This document shows, one piece after another, positions 38,459 to 48,095 of a stretch of DNA of 64,000 bases (position 1 is its first letter; each line of letters begins with the position of its first letter). The position numbers and the translations under genes are program-made. The stretch spans positions 192,001 to 256,000 of the forward strand of contig JAWVXD010000003.1 in the NCBI GenBank assembly GCA_033723415.1. The letters are read 5' to 3'. Source of the DNA: Sulfurospirillaceae bacterium. GTDB taxonomy: Bacteria; Campylobacterota; Campylobacteria; Campylobacterales; Sulfurospirillaceae. Under the pieces are notes generated by a model that saw only the letters and a program-made list of their open reading frames with translations, ran no database searches and had not been told where the DNA came from.

Positions 38459-39352
38459 ATGGAAGATTTATACCCATCAAGAGGGAGTGAAGAAAAGATT
38501 ATAGATAGAATCGATCCTACAGTTTATGGGCAAAAAGTTGTCGGAAAACATAGTTTAGATACTACAGAAATTCAAGATTATAATGAAAACGGTTTTATAG
38601 TATTTCCAAATCTGTTTAAAGCTGATGAAGTCAAAGAAATACTCGATGAGATGGAAAAAATGGCAAAAAATGATAAGTTCTTGAAAAAAGAAGAGTTTAT
38701 TCGTGAGCCTCAAAGTGATGAACTGAGAACTATTTTTAATCAGCATCTCTTTAGTTCTTTTTTTGATAAAGTCTCACGTGATCCTAGGATACTAGACAAA
38801 GTACAACAGCTTTTAGGAGGCGATGTCTATATCCATCATAGTAGAATCAATATAAAACCTGCGTATAAAGGTAAATCATTTCCTTGGCATAGTGATTTTG
38901 AAACGTGGCATAGTGAAGATGGACTTCCCAGATGTAGGTGTTTAACCGCTTGGATCATGTTAACGGACAATACAGAGTTTAACGGTCCGCTATATCTTAT
39001 ACCGGGAAGTCATAAAAAATATATATCTTGCAAAGGGATAACGCCTGAGGATAATTATAAACAATCGTTGAAAAAACAAGAATACGGAGTCCCTAGTTTA
39101 AACGCTATTAAAAAGTTTACAAAAGATAACGAGCTTTTCGGTGCATATGGAAATTCAGGGACATTGGTGATACATGATGGTAATATATTGCATGGAAGTC
39201 CAGATAATATCTCACCAAATCCAAGGACAAATGCATTCTTTGTATTTAATAGCGTTGAGAATAAACCTGAAAGACCATTTGGAGCTAAAAAGAACAGAGC
39301 AAATTTTTTATGCTTAAAAGATTTTACTCCTATACTCAGTACTCAAAATTAG
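38459..39352 (+). CDS. ectD: ectoine hydroxylase
   Basis: FPWHSDFETWHSEDGLP signature. Confidence 0.93.
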   Translation: MEDLYPSRGSEEKIIDRIDPTVYGQKVVGKHSLDTTEIQDYNENGFIVFPNLFKADEVKEILDEMEKMAKNDKFLKKEEFIREPQSDELRTIFNQHLFSSFFDKVSRDPRILDKVQQLLGGDVYIHHSRINIKPAYKGKSFPWHSDFETWHSEDGLPRCRCLTAWIMLTDNTEFNGPLYLIPGSHKKYISCKGITPEDNYKQSLKKQEYGVPSLNAIKKFTKDNELFGAYGNSGTLVIHDGNILHGSPDNISPNPRTNAFFVFNSVENKPERPFGAKKNRANFLCLKDFTPILSTQN

Positions 39353-39401
39353 AAGTAAGAATAAGAAAAGAACTAAATAGTTCAAATAAAGAAAGGTAAT
39401 T

Positions 39402-40772
39402 ATGAAAGTATGTAAATTTGGTGGAAGTTCCCTCAAAGATGCCAATCAAATTAAAAAAGTTGTTGATATTATAAAAAGTGACAGCGATCGAAAAGTAATC
39501 GTAATATCCGCACCTGGTCGTGATGAGAAGTATGATCAAAAGATCACTGATCATCTTTTAAACTTTGCTACAGGAGGTCAATATTTTCTCGAGCACAAGG
39601 TGGAAGTAACAACAAAACAAAGTTATGATGCCATCATCGCAAAATATGAAAAACTTTGCGATGAACTGAAAATCGATAAAAAATCGATCATAGAACCTTT
39701 GAAAAAAGATCTCAATACGACAAAATTAAAAAATGAGAGAAAAGAAGCTTTTTATCTCTCAAGAGGTGAACATCACAATGCTAAAGTGATGGAACAGTTT
39801 ATGAAACAACAAGGGGTCAATGTAAAACTTATGCTTCCGGAAAAGTTTGGTTTTATATTGAGCGAAGAGTTTAGAAACGGAAAATTATTACGCGAAACGT
39901 ATGACAATGTGCGAAAACAGTTTACTTTTGAAAATAACGAAATTTATCTAATCCCGGGCTTCTACGGAGTCACAAAGAACAATGAGATCGCTGTCATGAG
40001 CAGAGGCGGCTCAGATTTGACAGGTGGTGAATTAGCTTATGCCCTTGATGCAGATCTTTATGAAAACTGGACAGATACGAACGGTGTATATGAAGTAGAC
40101 CCAAGGATAATAGAAGATGCAAATGTGATTCCTAGGCTTACATTTAAAGAACTTAGGTTACTTAGCTCAAAAGGATTTAACGTATTTCATTTTAATGCTA
40201 TGTTAAATTGTAAAAAAAGTAAGATATCGATCAATATACGAAATACGAATAATCCAGAGCATGAGGGGACACTGATACAAAGTGAGCGCGTTCCTATGGA
40301 AGATGTTATAGGTATCGCAAAGCTTGACAATATGGCTTCCATTCATATCCAAAAGGACATGTTAAGTGAAGAGATAGGCTTTACAGCCGAACTTTTAAAA
40401 ATATTTGAAGAATTTGGAATCGGGACTTATCACTATCCGACTGACAAAGATGATATAGCCATACTAGTGGCACAAGAAGATCTCAATGGCAATATCAATA
40501 ACCTTAGAAGAAAGATTGAAAAGCGACTTAAAACAGATAATCTATATGTTACCTATAACCTAGCGATCCTAACTATTGTAGGTCTTGGGATAAAGGAAAA
40601 TACATTTGCTATCGTTGATGCGATCAATGCTTTAAAAGAAAATCATATATCTTTTGAGCTTTTCGATATGAGCCCATCTAAGATATCGTTTCATATCGGA
40701 GTATCACAAAATATCGCCGATGTAGCACTTGATACCTTATATCAAAATCTATTAAAACAGGAAGAAAACTGA
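39402..40772 (+). CDS. ask: aspartate kinase (ectoine-associated)
   Basis: KFGGSSL, SRGGSDLTG. Confidence 0.92.
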   Translation: MKVCKFGGSSLKDANQIKKVVDIIKSDSDRKVIVISAPGRDEKYDQKITDHLLNFATGGQYFLEHKVEVTTKQSYDAIIAKYEKLCDELKIDKKSIIEPLKKDLNTTKLKNERKEAFYLSRGEHHNAKVMEQFMKQQGVNVKLMLPEKFGFILSEEFRNGKLLRETYDNVRKQFTFENNEIYLIPGFYGVTKNNEIAVMSRGGSDLTGGELAYALDADLYENWTDTNGVYEVDPRIIEDANVIPRLTFKELRLLSSKGFNVFHFNAMLNCKKSKISINIRNTNNPEHEGTLIQSERVPMEDVIGIAKLDNMASIHIQKDMLSEEIGFTAELLKIFEEFGIGTYHYPTDKDDIAILVAQEDLNGNINNLRRKIEKRLKTDNLYVTYNLAILTIVGLGIKENTFAIVDAINALKENHISFELFDMSPSKISFHIGVSQNIADVALDTLYQNLLKQEEN

Positions 40773-40797
40773 CACTGCATATTCTTTTGTGAAATTT

Positions 40798-41529
40798 TCA
40801 CACTTTAGGATCGTATTGCCATCCGCCGTCGTCATGATAGATCATCAATTTGCTCATACCTCCGTCTATGATCAAGTTTTCTCCAGTCATAAAGCTTGAT
40901 TTGTCACTGCATAAAAACTGCACGGCATTTGAGATGTCTTTTGGTACGCCGATTCTCCCAACCGGATGTTGTGCATGATCTTCTTTGGAGTATTTAGAGG
41001 CAGTTGTATCGATCCAGCCTGGTGAGATACAGTTGACACGGATCTTATCTTTGAGAGTTATAGCTAAAGCGTGAGTAAGTGCCAAGATGCCTCCTTTAGC
41101 GGCTGTATAGCATTCGGTATTTGTTTGAGATTGTAATGCTCTTGTTGATGCAATATTGACGATAGAACCATTAAGAGAAAAATGAGAAGCAAATAATTTT
41201 GCTAGCATGAAAGGTGCAGCTACGCAGAGTTTTTGCGTATAGATAAAATCATCATAATCACTATTTAAGATGCCTCCGTTGCCCATGCAGGCGTTATTTA
41301 TAAGATAGTCTATGGAATCAAATTTTTCCAAAACTACTTTGACAAAATCTTCTATCACGCGAATATCTGTGAGATCTCCCTCATAAAACATATGGCAGGG
41401 GATATCAGATGTTGTTTTATCAATGATGATGACTTTTGCATCAAATTTCATAAAATCTCTAGCTATACATTCTCCGATACCCTGAGAACCGCCTGTAACG
41501 ATGACGACTTTGTCTTTGAAGCTAAACAT
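40798..41529 (-). CDS. SDR family oxidoreductase
   Basis: TGGSQGIG, YTAAK. Confidence 0.92.
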   Translation of the reverse strand: MFSFKDKVVIVTGGSQGIGECIARDFMKFDAKVIIIDKTTSDIPCHMFYEGDLTDIRVIEDFVKVVLEKFDSIDYLINNACMGNGGILNSDYDDFIYTQKLCVAAPFMLAKLFASHFSLNGSIVNIASTRALQSQTNTECYTAAKGGILALTHALAITLKDKIRVNCISPGWIDTTASKYSKEDHAQHPVGRIGVPKDISNAVQFLCSDKSSFMTGENLIIDGGMSKLMIYHDDGGWQYDPKV

Positions 41530-41657
41530 GGTGTACCTTTGTATTTTTTAAGTATAATATTTTGTTCATATTATAGGATAAGATATTAAAAAACAGCTAA
41601 GAACATTTAAACAAACATGCTACAATCATAAAACAGAATAACTACAAAAGGATCATC

Positions 41658-42479
41658 ATGAAGTATCAACCAAATATGATTTACGGTACTGCTTGGAAAA
41701 AAGAAGCGACGGCTGATTTGGTAGAACTTGCTGTCTTTTGCGGCTTTCGTGCCATAGATACTGCATGTCAGCCTAGACATTATAGAGAAGAGCTTGTAGG
41801 GCAAGGGATTCAAAATGCACTTGTCAAAAATAACCTCAATCGAGAGGACATATATATACAGACCAAGTTCACGCCGCAAGGCGGGCAAGATCCAAGCACT
41901 ATACCTTATAATCCAAATGATGACATAGCAGAGCAGATAAAAACTTCTTTTGAAGTCTCAAAGAAAAATCTACAGACAAGTTATATAGACTCTTATATCT
42001 TACATTCGCCGATCACTCCTTATCCTGAGTTGTCCAAAGCATGGGAGGTGATGGAGTCATTTGTTGATGCAGGGGAGGTTGGGCAGATAGGTATTAGCAA
42101 TTGTTATGATCTATCATTGTTGGCTAGGATTTATCATGATGCAGAAATAAAGCCAAAAGTTTTACAAAATAGATTTTATAATCAAACTGATTATGACAAC
42201 GAATTGAGAGCATTTTGCAAAAGTTTGGATATAGGGTATCAAAGTTTTTGGAGTTTGAGTGCGAATCCTCATATATTGGCTTCACCTGTGGTTCAAACTT
42301 TAGCAAAAAAATACCAAAAAACAAATGAGCAGATCTTTTATAGATTTTTAACGCAGATAGACATAACCCCGCTAAATGGAACTACGTCAAAGAAACATAT
42401 GCTAGAAGATTTGGATATATTCTCGTTTGTACTTTTACAGGAAGAATTAGATTCTATTTCTGTTTATATCAATCTTTAA
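41658..42479 (+). CDS. aldo/keto reductase
   Basis: YGTAWK, IDTA, IGISN. Confidence 0.9.
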   Translation: MKYQPNMIYGTAWKKEATADLVELAVFCGFRAIDTACQPRHYREELVGQGIQNALVKNNLNREDIYIQTKFTPQGGQDPSTIPYNPNDDIAEQIKTSFEVSKKNLQTSYIDSYILHSPITPYPELSKAWEVMESFVDAGEVGQIGISNCYDLSLLARIYHDAEIKPKVLQNRFYNQTDYDNELRAFCKSLDIGYQSFWSLSANPHILASPVVQTLAKKYQKTNEQIFYRFLTQIDITPLNGTTSKKHMLEDLDIFSFVLLQEELDSISVYINL

Positions 42480-42481
42480 GA

Positions 42482-45475
42482 TCATGTGCTAAAATTAAAT
42501 TTCTTTTCATGAAAGATCTTCAAGCAAGCATCTACCGTAACCGGATCATACGCACTTCCTCGTCCAGCTTTTATCTCATCCAGAGCATACTTGATGCCTC
42601 TTGATGGACGGTAAGGTCTGTGTGAAGAGATTGCTTCTACGACATCTGCAACGCTTATGATCTTTGCTTCGAGTAGGATTTCATCCCCGAAAAGTCCTTG
42701 GGGATAGCCGGATCCGTCTATCTTTTCGTGATGTTGTAAAATAGTCTCTGCTATAGGCCAAGGGAAATTGATATTTTTTAAGATATCATAGCCTGTTTGT
42801 GGATGCATCTGGATTAGTTTATATTCTAGCTCATTGAGCTTGCCAGGTTTGGAGAGTATTTCTGCCGGAACATGTATCTTACCTAGGTCATGTATAATAC
42901 CTGCAAATTCTACACCTCTAATTTGTTCAGGAGGTAAGTTCATCTCTTTAGCGATTGCCGTTGCTAGTTCTGTGACACGTCGTTGGTGACCCGCAGTATA
43001 AGGGTCTCTTGATTCCAGTGTATCTGCTATAGCTTGAATTGACTGTTCCAAACTTTGTTGCAGTTGTAGTGTGTTTTGCTCATGCTCTACGCGAGTACGC
43101 AGGGTAAAAATACCATAAACCAAATCGTTTGCCAGCTCTTCAAGTAGTTTTATCTCTTCTTCATCAAATAAATCAACTTCGTTTGAATAGATGCTTAAAG
43201 CACCAAAAACAGTGCCGTTATGTAAAAGTGGAAGAGCGATATTTGATTCAAAGGAGTATGATTTGCAAGTATATTTCCACGGTTTGTATCCAGGTTCATT
43301 TTGAATATTCCTACAAACCTGTGTCGTACCTTTTCTTATAGCTTTTGCTGATGGCAACTGACTTTTTGGTGTATACTCCCAGCTTAGATGATCATCATAA
43401 AAGTAGTGTCCCTGATCCCCTGACCAAGCTCTTAGGATCATACTTTTTTCTTTGTCATTTTCAGCGTATACAATGGTCGCCAGAGCGTAGCCACCGGTTT
43501 GTACGATAATATTGGTTATCGTGTGTATCAACTCATCTTCATTTGATGCTTTCACCAGTGCTAGATTTACCGCAAATAGCGTTTTGAGAGTACGATTGGC
43601 ACGATTTATTAAGACTTCTGATTCTTTACGTTCCGTGATATCCCGGTCAATTCCCCGATATCCTACTAGTTTTTTATTTTCATCAAAAAATGGTATACCG
43701 CTTGTTTCTAAAACAACAATATGTCCATCTTTATGGATACAATTATTTTCTAGTGCTACGATTGGCATTTGTTTATCTACAAATTTTTTAAATACCATTC
43801 TGATATCTTGAACTTCGTCTTTTGGTATAAAAGCCAAAATTGATTTGCCAAGCATTTCTGTTTGTTTATATCCAAGTAGTATTTCAACTTGTGGACTGAC
43901 ATAGGTATAGATTCCATTATTGTCTACCTCCCATATCAAATCACTCGTGGATTCAACAAGTGAGCGAAATTTTTCTTCACTTTTACGCAACAATTTCTCT
44001 GTTTGAACACGCTCCGTTATATCACGTATAATACTCAATATATAAGGTTTTTCGAGTTTGATAAGTGTAATAATTGCATCAACAGGAAAGGTAGAACCAT
44101 CTTTGCGTCTATGTATAGTTTCAAAGTGAACACTTCCCTCTCTTTGTATCTTCCTTTGAATTTTCTTTGCTGATTTTTCATCGAATTTTACATCTATGTC
44201 AAAGATATTCATAGAGAGCATCTCTTCACGACTATATCCCAATATCTTGCATTCAGTCTCATTTACGTCTATAAAATTCAATGTTGAAGGGTCAACGATT
44301 TCGATAGCATCATTAGAATGATCTATTAGGGTGCGAAAGAGCTTTAAACGTTCTTCAGATTTTATTCGGTCAGTGATATCTATACCGATTCCGACAACAT
44401 TCATACCGAATTTTGTTTTTATCCTATGTCCGGTTATTGTGTAGAAGCGAACATCATTTGCAAGAAGTAAACGAATCTCTACAGAGGCATTGCCGAGGTT
44501 AAAAGCTTTTTGAAGATTTTGCATTGCATATTCTCTGTCATCTTCATGCACAAAGCTCATAACATCTGTTCCTGCCATCTCTTTAGATGAGAGTCCTGCC
44601 AGTTCCTCAAACTTTTTGTTCCATCGTACCATCTTGGCATTGTGATCAACAAAGAAAAACAGGCCAGGTAGACTTTGAATTAAGCTTTCTGAAAACGATT
44701 TTTCCTCTTGAATCTTTTCTTCTGATAATTTTTGCTCTGTAACATCACGAAAAAAACCTGCAACATAATTCTTATCGGAAAGCATAAAGGAAGAGGTATT
44801 GACATCTGCGAAAAAGATCGTTCCGTCTTTACGTTTTACCGGTAGTTCTTTTGCAAGTTTAATCTCACCTTTTGCCTGCCGTTCAAATTGATTCAATACA
44901 TAAGGTAGATCTTCTGTAGGGTGAATATCATCAACGTATAAAGAAAGCATCTTTTTTTGTGTGTAACCTAACATCTTACAGATTTGCGTATTTACCATAG
45001 TTATCTTTTTAGTGATGACATCAGCAACAACGATCCCATCTTGGGCACCATCGAAAATCGTTTTAAATTTAAGTTCGGATTTTTTCAGTGATTCTTGAGA
45101 AAGAAGACGTTCAGTGATATCTTCTAAAATATGTATGGAGTATAGATATTTACCGTTTTTATCAGAAATTGCGTAAGAGATAGAACGAAAAAAAGTTTTT
45201 TCAACTTGTACAGTCTCTTCATGTCCTTTTTCAGTCGGTTTTTTTTGTTCTTGTATACAACTATCAAGTGGTGCGTTTGATTTTGGAAATACTTCAAAGT
45301 AGCGATGTCCGATGATTTCTTCGAAAGGAACTCCTGCAAATCTTTGATAGGCTTTATTACAGCGTAAGATGCAAAAATCTTTGTCATGTATAAATATAGC
45401 ATCATCAATGGCATCCAATGCTGTTATCCACTCTTGATGTGCATGTTCGATTTGGTTACATGTTCCATCTGCCAT
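42482..45475 (-). CDS. multi-PAS-GAF-HD-GYP phosphodiesterase
   Basis: PAS repeats, HDLGK, HHEKIDGSGYP. Confidence 0.93.
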   Translation of the reverse strand: MADGTCNQIEHAHQEWITALDAIDDAIFIHDKDFCILRCNKAYQRFAGVPFEEIIGHRYFEVFPKSNAPLDSCIQEQKKPTEKGHEETVQVEKTFFRSISYAISDKNGKYLYSIHILEDITERLLSQESLKKSELKFKTIFDGAQDGIVVADVITKKITMVNTQICKMLGYTQKKMLSLYVDDIHPTEDLPYVLNQFERQAKGEIKLAKELPVKRKDGTIFFADVNTSSFMLSDKNYVAGFFRDVTEQKLSEEKIQEEKSFSESLIQSLPGLFFFVDHNAKMVRWNKKFEELAGLSSKEMAGTDVMSFVHEDDREYAMQNLQKAFNLGNASVEIRLLLANDVRFYTITGHRIKTKFGMNVVGIGIDITDRIKSEERLKLFRTLIDHSNDAIEIVDPSTLNFIDVNETECKILGYSREEMLSMNIFDIDVKFDEKSAKKIQRKIQREGSVHFETIHRRKDGSTFPVDAIITLIKLEKPYILSIIRDITERVQTEKLLRKSEEKFRSLVESTSDLIWEVDNNGIYTYVSPQVEILLGYKQTEMLGKSILAFIPKDEVQDIRMVFKKFVDKQMPIVALENNCIHKDGHIVVLETSGIPFFDENKKLVGYRGIDRDITERKESEVLINRANRTLKTLFAVNLALVKASNEDELIHTITNIIVQTGGYALATIVYAENDKEKSMILRAWSGDQGHYFYDDHLSWEYTPKSQLPSAKAIRKGTTQVCRNIQNEPGYKPWKYTCKSYSFESNIALPLLHNGTVFGALSIYSNEVDLFDEEEIKLLEELANDLVYGIFTLRTRVEHEQNTLQLQQSLEQSIQAIADTLESRDPYTAGHQRRVTELATAIAKEMNLPPEQIRGVEFAGIIHDLGKIHVPAEILSKPGKLNELEYKLIQMHPQTGYDILKNINFPWPIAETILQHHEKIDGSGYPQGLFGDEILLEAKIISVADVVEAISSHRPYRPSRGIKYALDEIKAGRGSAYDPVTVDACLKIFHEKKFNFST

Positions 45476-45589
45476 AAGTTCAACTCCTTATGTTTGCAGT
45501 TATACATAGATGATAAGTTGTTTGCTAATATTGTAACACAAATTATCAGGAAATTCTGTTAACACTCTAATTTTGAGCAAATCAATGTA

Positions 45590-46528
45590 CTATTTTGCTA
45601 CTCTTACGCAATTACGTTCACTTTTTTTTGCTTGATATAAAGCCATATCGGCGGCTTTCAGCAGATGTTCTTTATCCTGGTATTCATCATCTGAGATAGT
45701 AGATACGCCAAGACTTACTGTGATTTTACCAAGTGGTACATTTTCATGTTTGATATCTAGCATTTCTACAGATAAGCGAATACTTTCTGCCATATTCTTT
45801 GCTTCAAAAATATCAGTGTCAAATGCGATGATGACAAGCTCTTCTCCACCATATCTTGCAGCTAGATCACCGGCTCTGCGAGTTGATTTTTTTAAAACTT
45901 TAGCAATTTTTTTTATGCATTTATCACCCATCTGATGTCCATATAGATCATTGTAGCTTTTGAAAAAGTCTATATCTAGCATGATAATGGAAAAAGGCTT
46001 TTGTGTTCGTTTAAATCTTGCCCATTCATTTTTGAGCATATTATCAAAATGACGACGGTTTGCAAGATTTGTGAGGCTATCTGTTATGGAGAGTGCCTGA
46101 AGTTTTCGATTCACCTTTACCAACTCCATCTCTACTTCTTTTATATGGGTTATATCAATGATGTATCCTACCCAAATAACCGAGCCGTGTTTCTTTGCAC
46201 TTGTTGGTTTAGATGATAGCTGAACCCATCTAACCTGTCCACTAGGATGTAATATCCTTACTTCAGAGACAAAAAGTTTATTTGTTTTATTTGCTTTTTT
46301 ATTTTCTGCGAGTATTCGTTCAATGTCATCAGGGTGAACCATCTCCCAAAATCGGTTCAAATTTTCCATAAAATACTCTGGTGGATGTCCTAATATATTT
46401 AGAGTCGATGGGGTAATGTAGAGAAGTTCTGAGTTTTTTTCATTATAAAAGACATACTCATATAAAACTGCAGGTAAAATATTTAGAAAATTTCCAATCA
46501 TTTCCTTTGCAAGCATTATATTCTCCAA
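45590..46528 (-). CDS. PAS-GGDEF diguanylate cyclase
   Basis: PAS; RAGD I-site; GGEEL. Confidence 0.9.
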   Translation of the reverse strand: MENIMLAKEMIGNFLNILPAVLYEYVFYNEKNSELLYITPSTLNILGHPPEYFMENLNRFWEMVHPDDIERILAENKKANKTNKLFVSEVRILHPSGQVRWVQLSSKPTSAKKHGSVIWVGYIIDITHIKEVEMELVKVNRKLQALSITDSLTNLANRRHFDNMLKNEWARFKRTQKPFSIIMLDIDFFKSYNDLYGHQMGDKCIKKIAKVLKKSTRRAGDLAARYGGEELVIIAFDTDIFEAKNMAESIRLSVEMLDIKHENVPLGKITVSLGVSTISDDEYQDKEHLLKAADMALYQAKKSERNCVRVAK

Positions 46529-46667
46529 CTTTTATCAATACTTTACTCTAAGAAAGTCACTATCCTTTTTTATACCTCTGCCAATGATTAATATTTTTAT
46601 CTACTACCATTCTACTACATAAAATATTAATAATTTATATAGTAGAAATTTAGATTTTGATGTTGTT

Positions 46668-47906
46668 TTATTGCCTTTTTTCTAAAGATTTCTCTCTCAG
46701 TTTATCTTTCTTACTTTTTCTCTTGCCTTTTATCGGTGCTTTCCCTTTCTCTCTGACTGGCGTTTCACCCGTAAGTTCAAAGCCTTGAATCTGCTCTGAT
46801 ACAAGATTGATCTCACACCTTTTTTGGATTAGTGCAAAATGATCTTTGTCTTCATGAGATATAAATGAGATCGAAATTCCGTATTTCCCAGCACGTGCAG
46901 TTCGACCGATTCTGTGGATATAATCAGCCGGAGCTCTAGGTAAGTCAAAGTTGATCACACACTCTATATCGTCGATATCCAAACCGCGTGCTGCGATATC
47001 GGTAGCAAATAAGATACGAATCTTTTTGTTTTTGAAATCTTGAAGTGTAAGATTGCGTTCTTCTTGATCTAAATTTCCATGAAACGAATCAGCGATAAAT
47101 CCATGTTTCCTAAACTTTTGAGCTATGTTGTCTGCGGCTCTTTTATTTGCCATAAATACCAGGACCAATTTCCACTTTTGCGTGTTCAAAAGATGTCTCA
47201 GAAGGGGACCTCGATTTTCACGATTGACTTCGATCACACGCTGGTTGATGCTCTCTACTGTTGGCTTTTCTTGGAAGATCGTTACTTCTATAGGATTATG
47301 TGTGATTTTTGAAGCGATCTCTTGCATTTTAGGCGGATAAGTAGCTGAAAACAAAAGATTTTGACGCTGTTTGGGTAATTCTTCGAGTATCAACTCTAGC
47401 TCTTGTGCAAATCCAAGATCTAGCATCTTATCGGCTTCATCAAGAACGAAAAACTCTAGTTTGGATAGATTCATCTGCTTTTTGCTGAGTACATCTAACA
47501 ATCTTCCTGATGTCGCTACAACGATATCACAACCTTGTTGTACATCATAGAGCTGATTACCTATACTCTCACCTCCGATTATACTCACAACTTTAGGTTT
47601 TCTCGGTAAAAATTCACCAAAAGTTCTAAATGCTTGAGATACTTGGAGTGTTAATTCTCTTGTCGGTGTAAGAACTAGTGTTTTGATCTTGGATTTTCCC
47701 TCTTTCTTATCATGTGAACTGAGTTCTAAGATAGGTAAAATAAAACTTGCACTTTTCCCGCTGCCTGTTTGAGCTTGTGCCATCACATCCTTTCGTGCCA
47801 GTACAAGTGGGATGACTTTGGATTGGATAGGTGTCGGAGTTATATAATCACTCTTTTCAAGTGCTTGTTCGATACCGGGTGATAGTTTGAATGCTGAAAA
47901 TGACAT
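46668..47906 (-). CDS. DEAD-box RNA helicase (RhlE-like)
   Basis: AQTGSGKS, DEAD, SAT, HRIGRTAR. Confidence 0.95.
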   Translation of the reverse strand: MSFSAFKLSPGIEQALEKSDYITPTPIQSKVIPLVLARKDVMAQAQTGSGKSASFILPILELSSHDKKEGKSKIKTLVLTPTRELTLQVSQAFRTFGEFLPRKPKVVSIIGGESIGNQLYDVQQGCDIVVATSGRLLDVLSKKQMNLSKLEFFVLDEADKMLDLGFAQELELILEELPKQRQNLLFSATYPPKMQEIASKITHNPIEVTIFQEKPTVESINQRVIEVNRENRGPLLRHLLNTQKWKLVLVFMANKRAADNIAQKFRKHGFIADSFHGNLDQEERNLTLQDFKNKKIRILFATDIAARGLDIDDIECVINFDLPRAPADYIHRIGRTARAGKYGISISFISHEDKDHFALIQKRCEINLVSEQIQGFELTGETPVREKGKAPIKGKRKSKKDKLREKSLEKRQ

Positions 47907-48095
47907 AGATGTTTTCCTGATTTTTCTTTAATAGTATTGTATGGAAGTTTCGCTTTATATTGGTTTGAAAAGTAACCATAGATATATGAATAATCCAATA
48001 TATAAGTAATAATTTTGTCAAAGATTGCAAATAGATGAAAAACATCATATAATATTTGCTATTGGTTTTCATCTTCTGCATATAAATAAAGGAAT

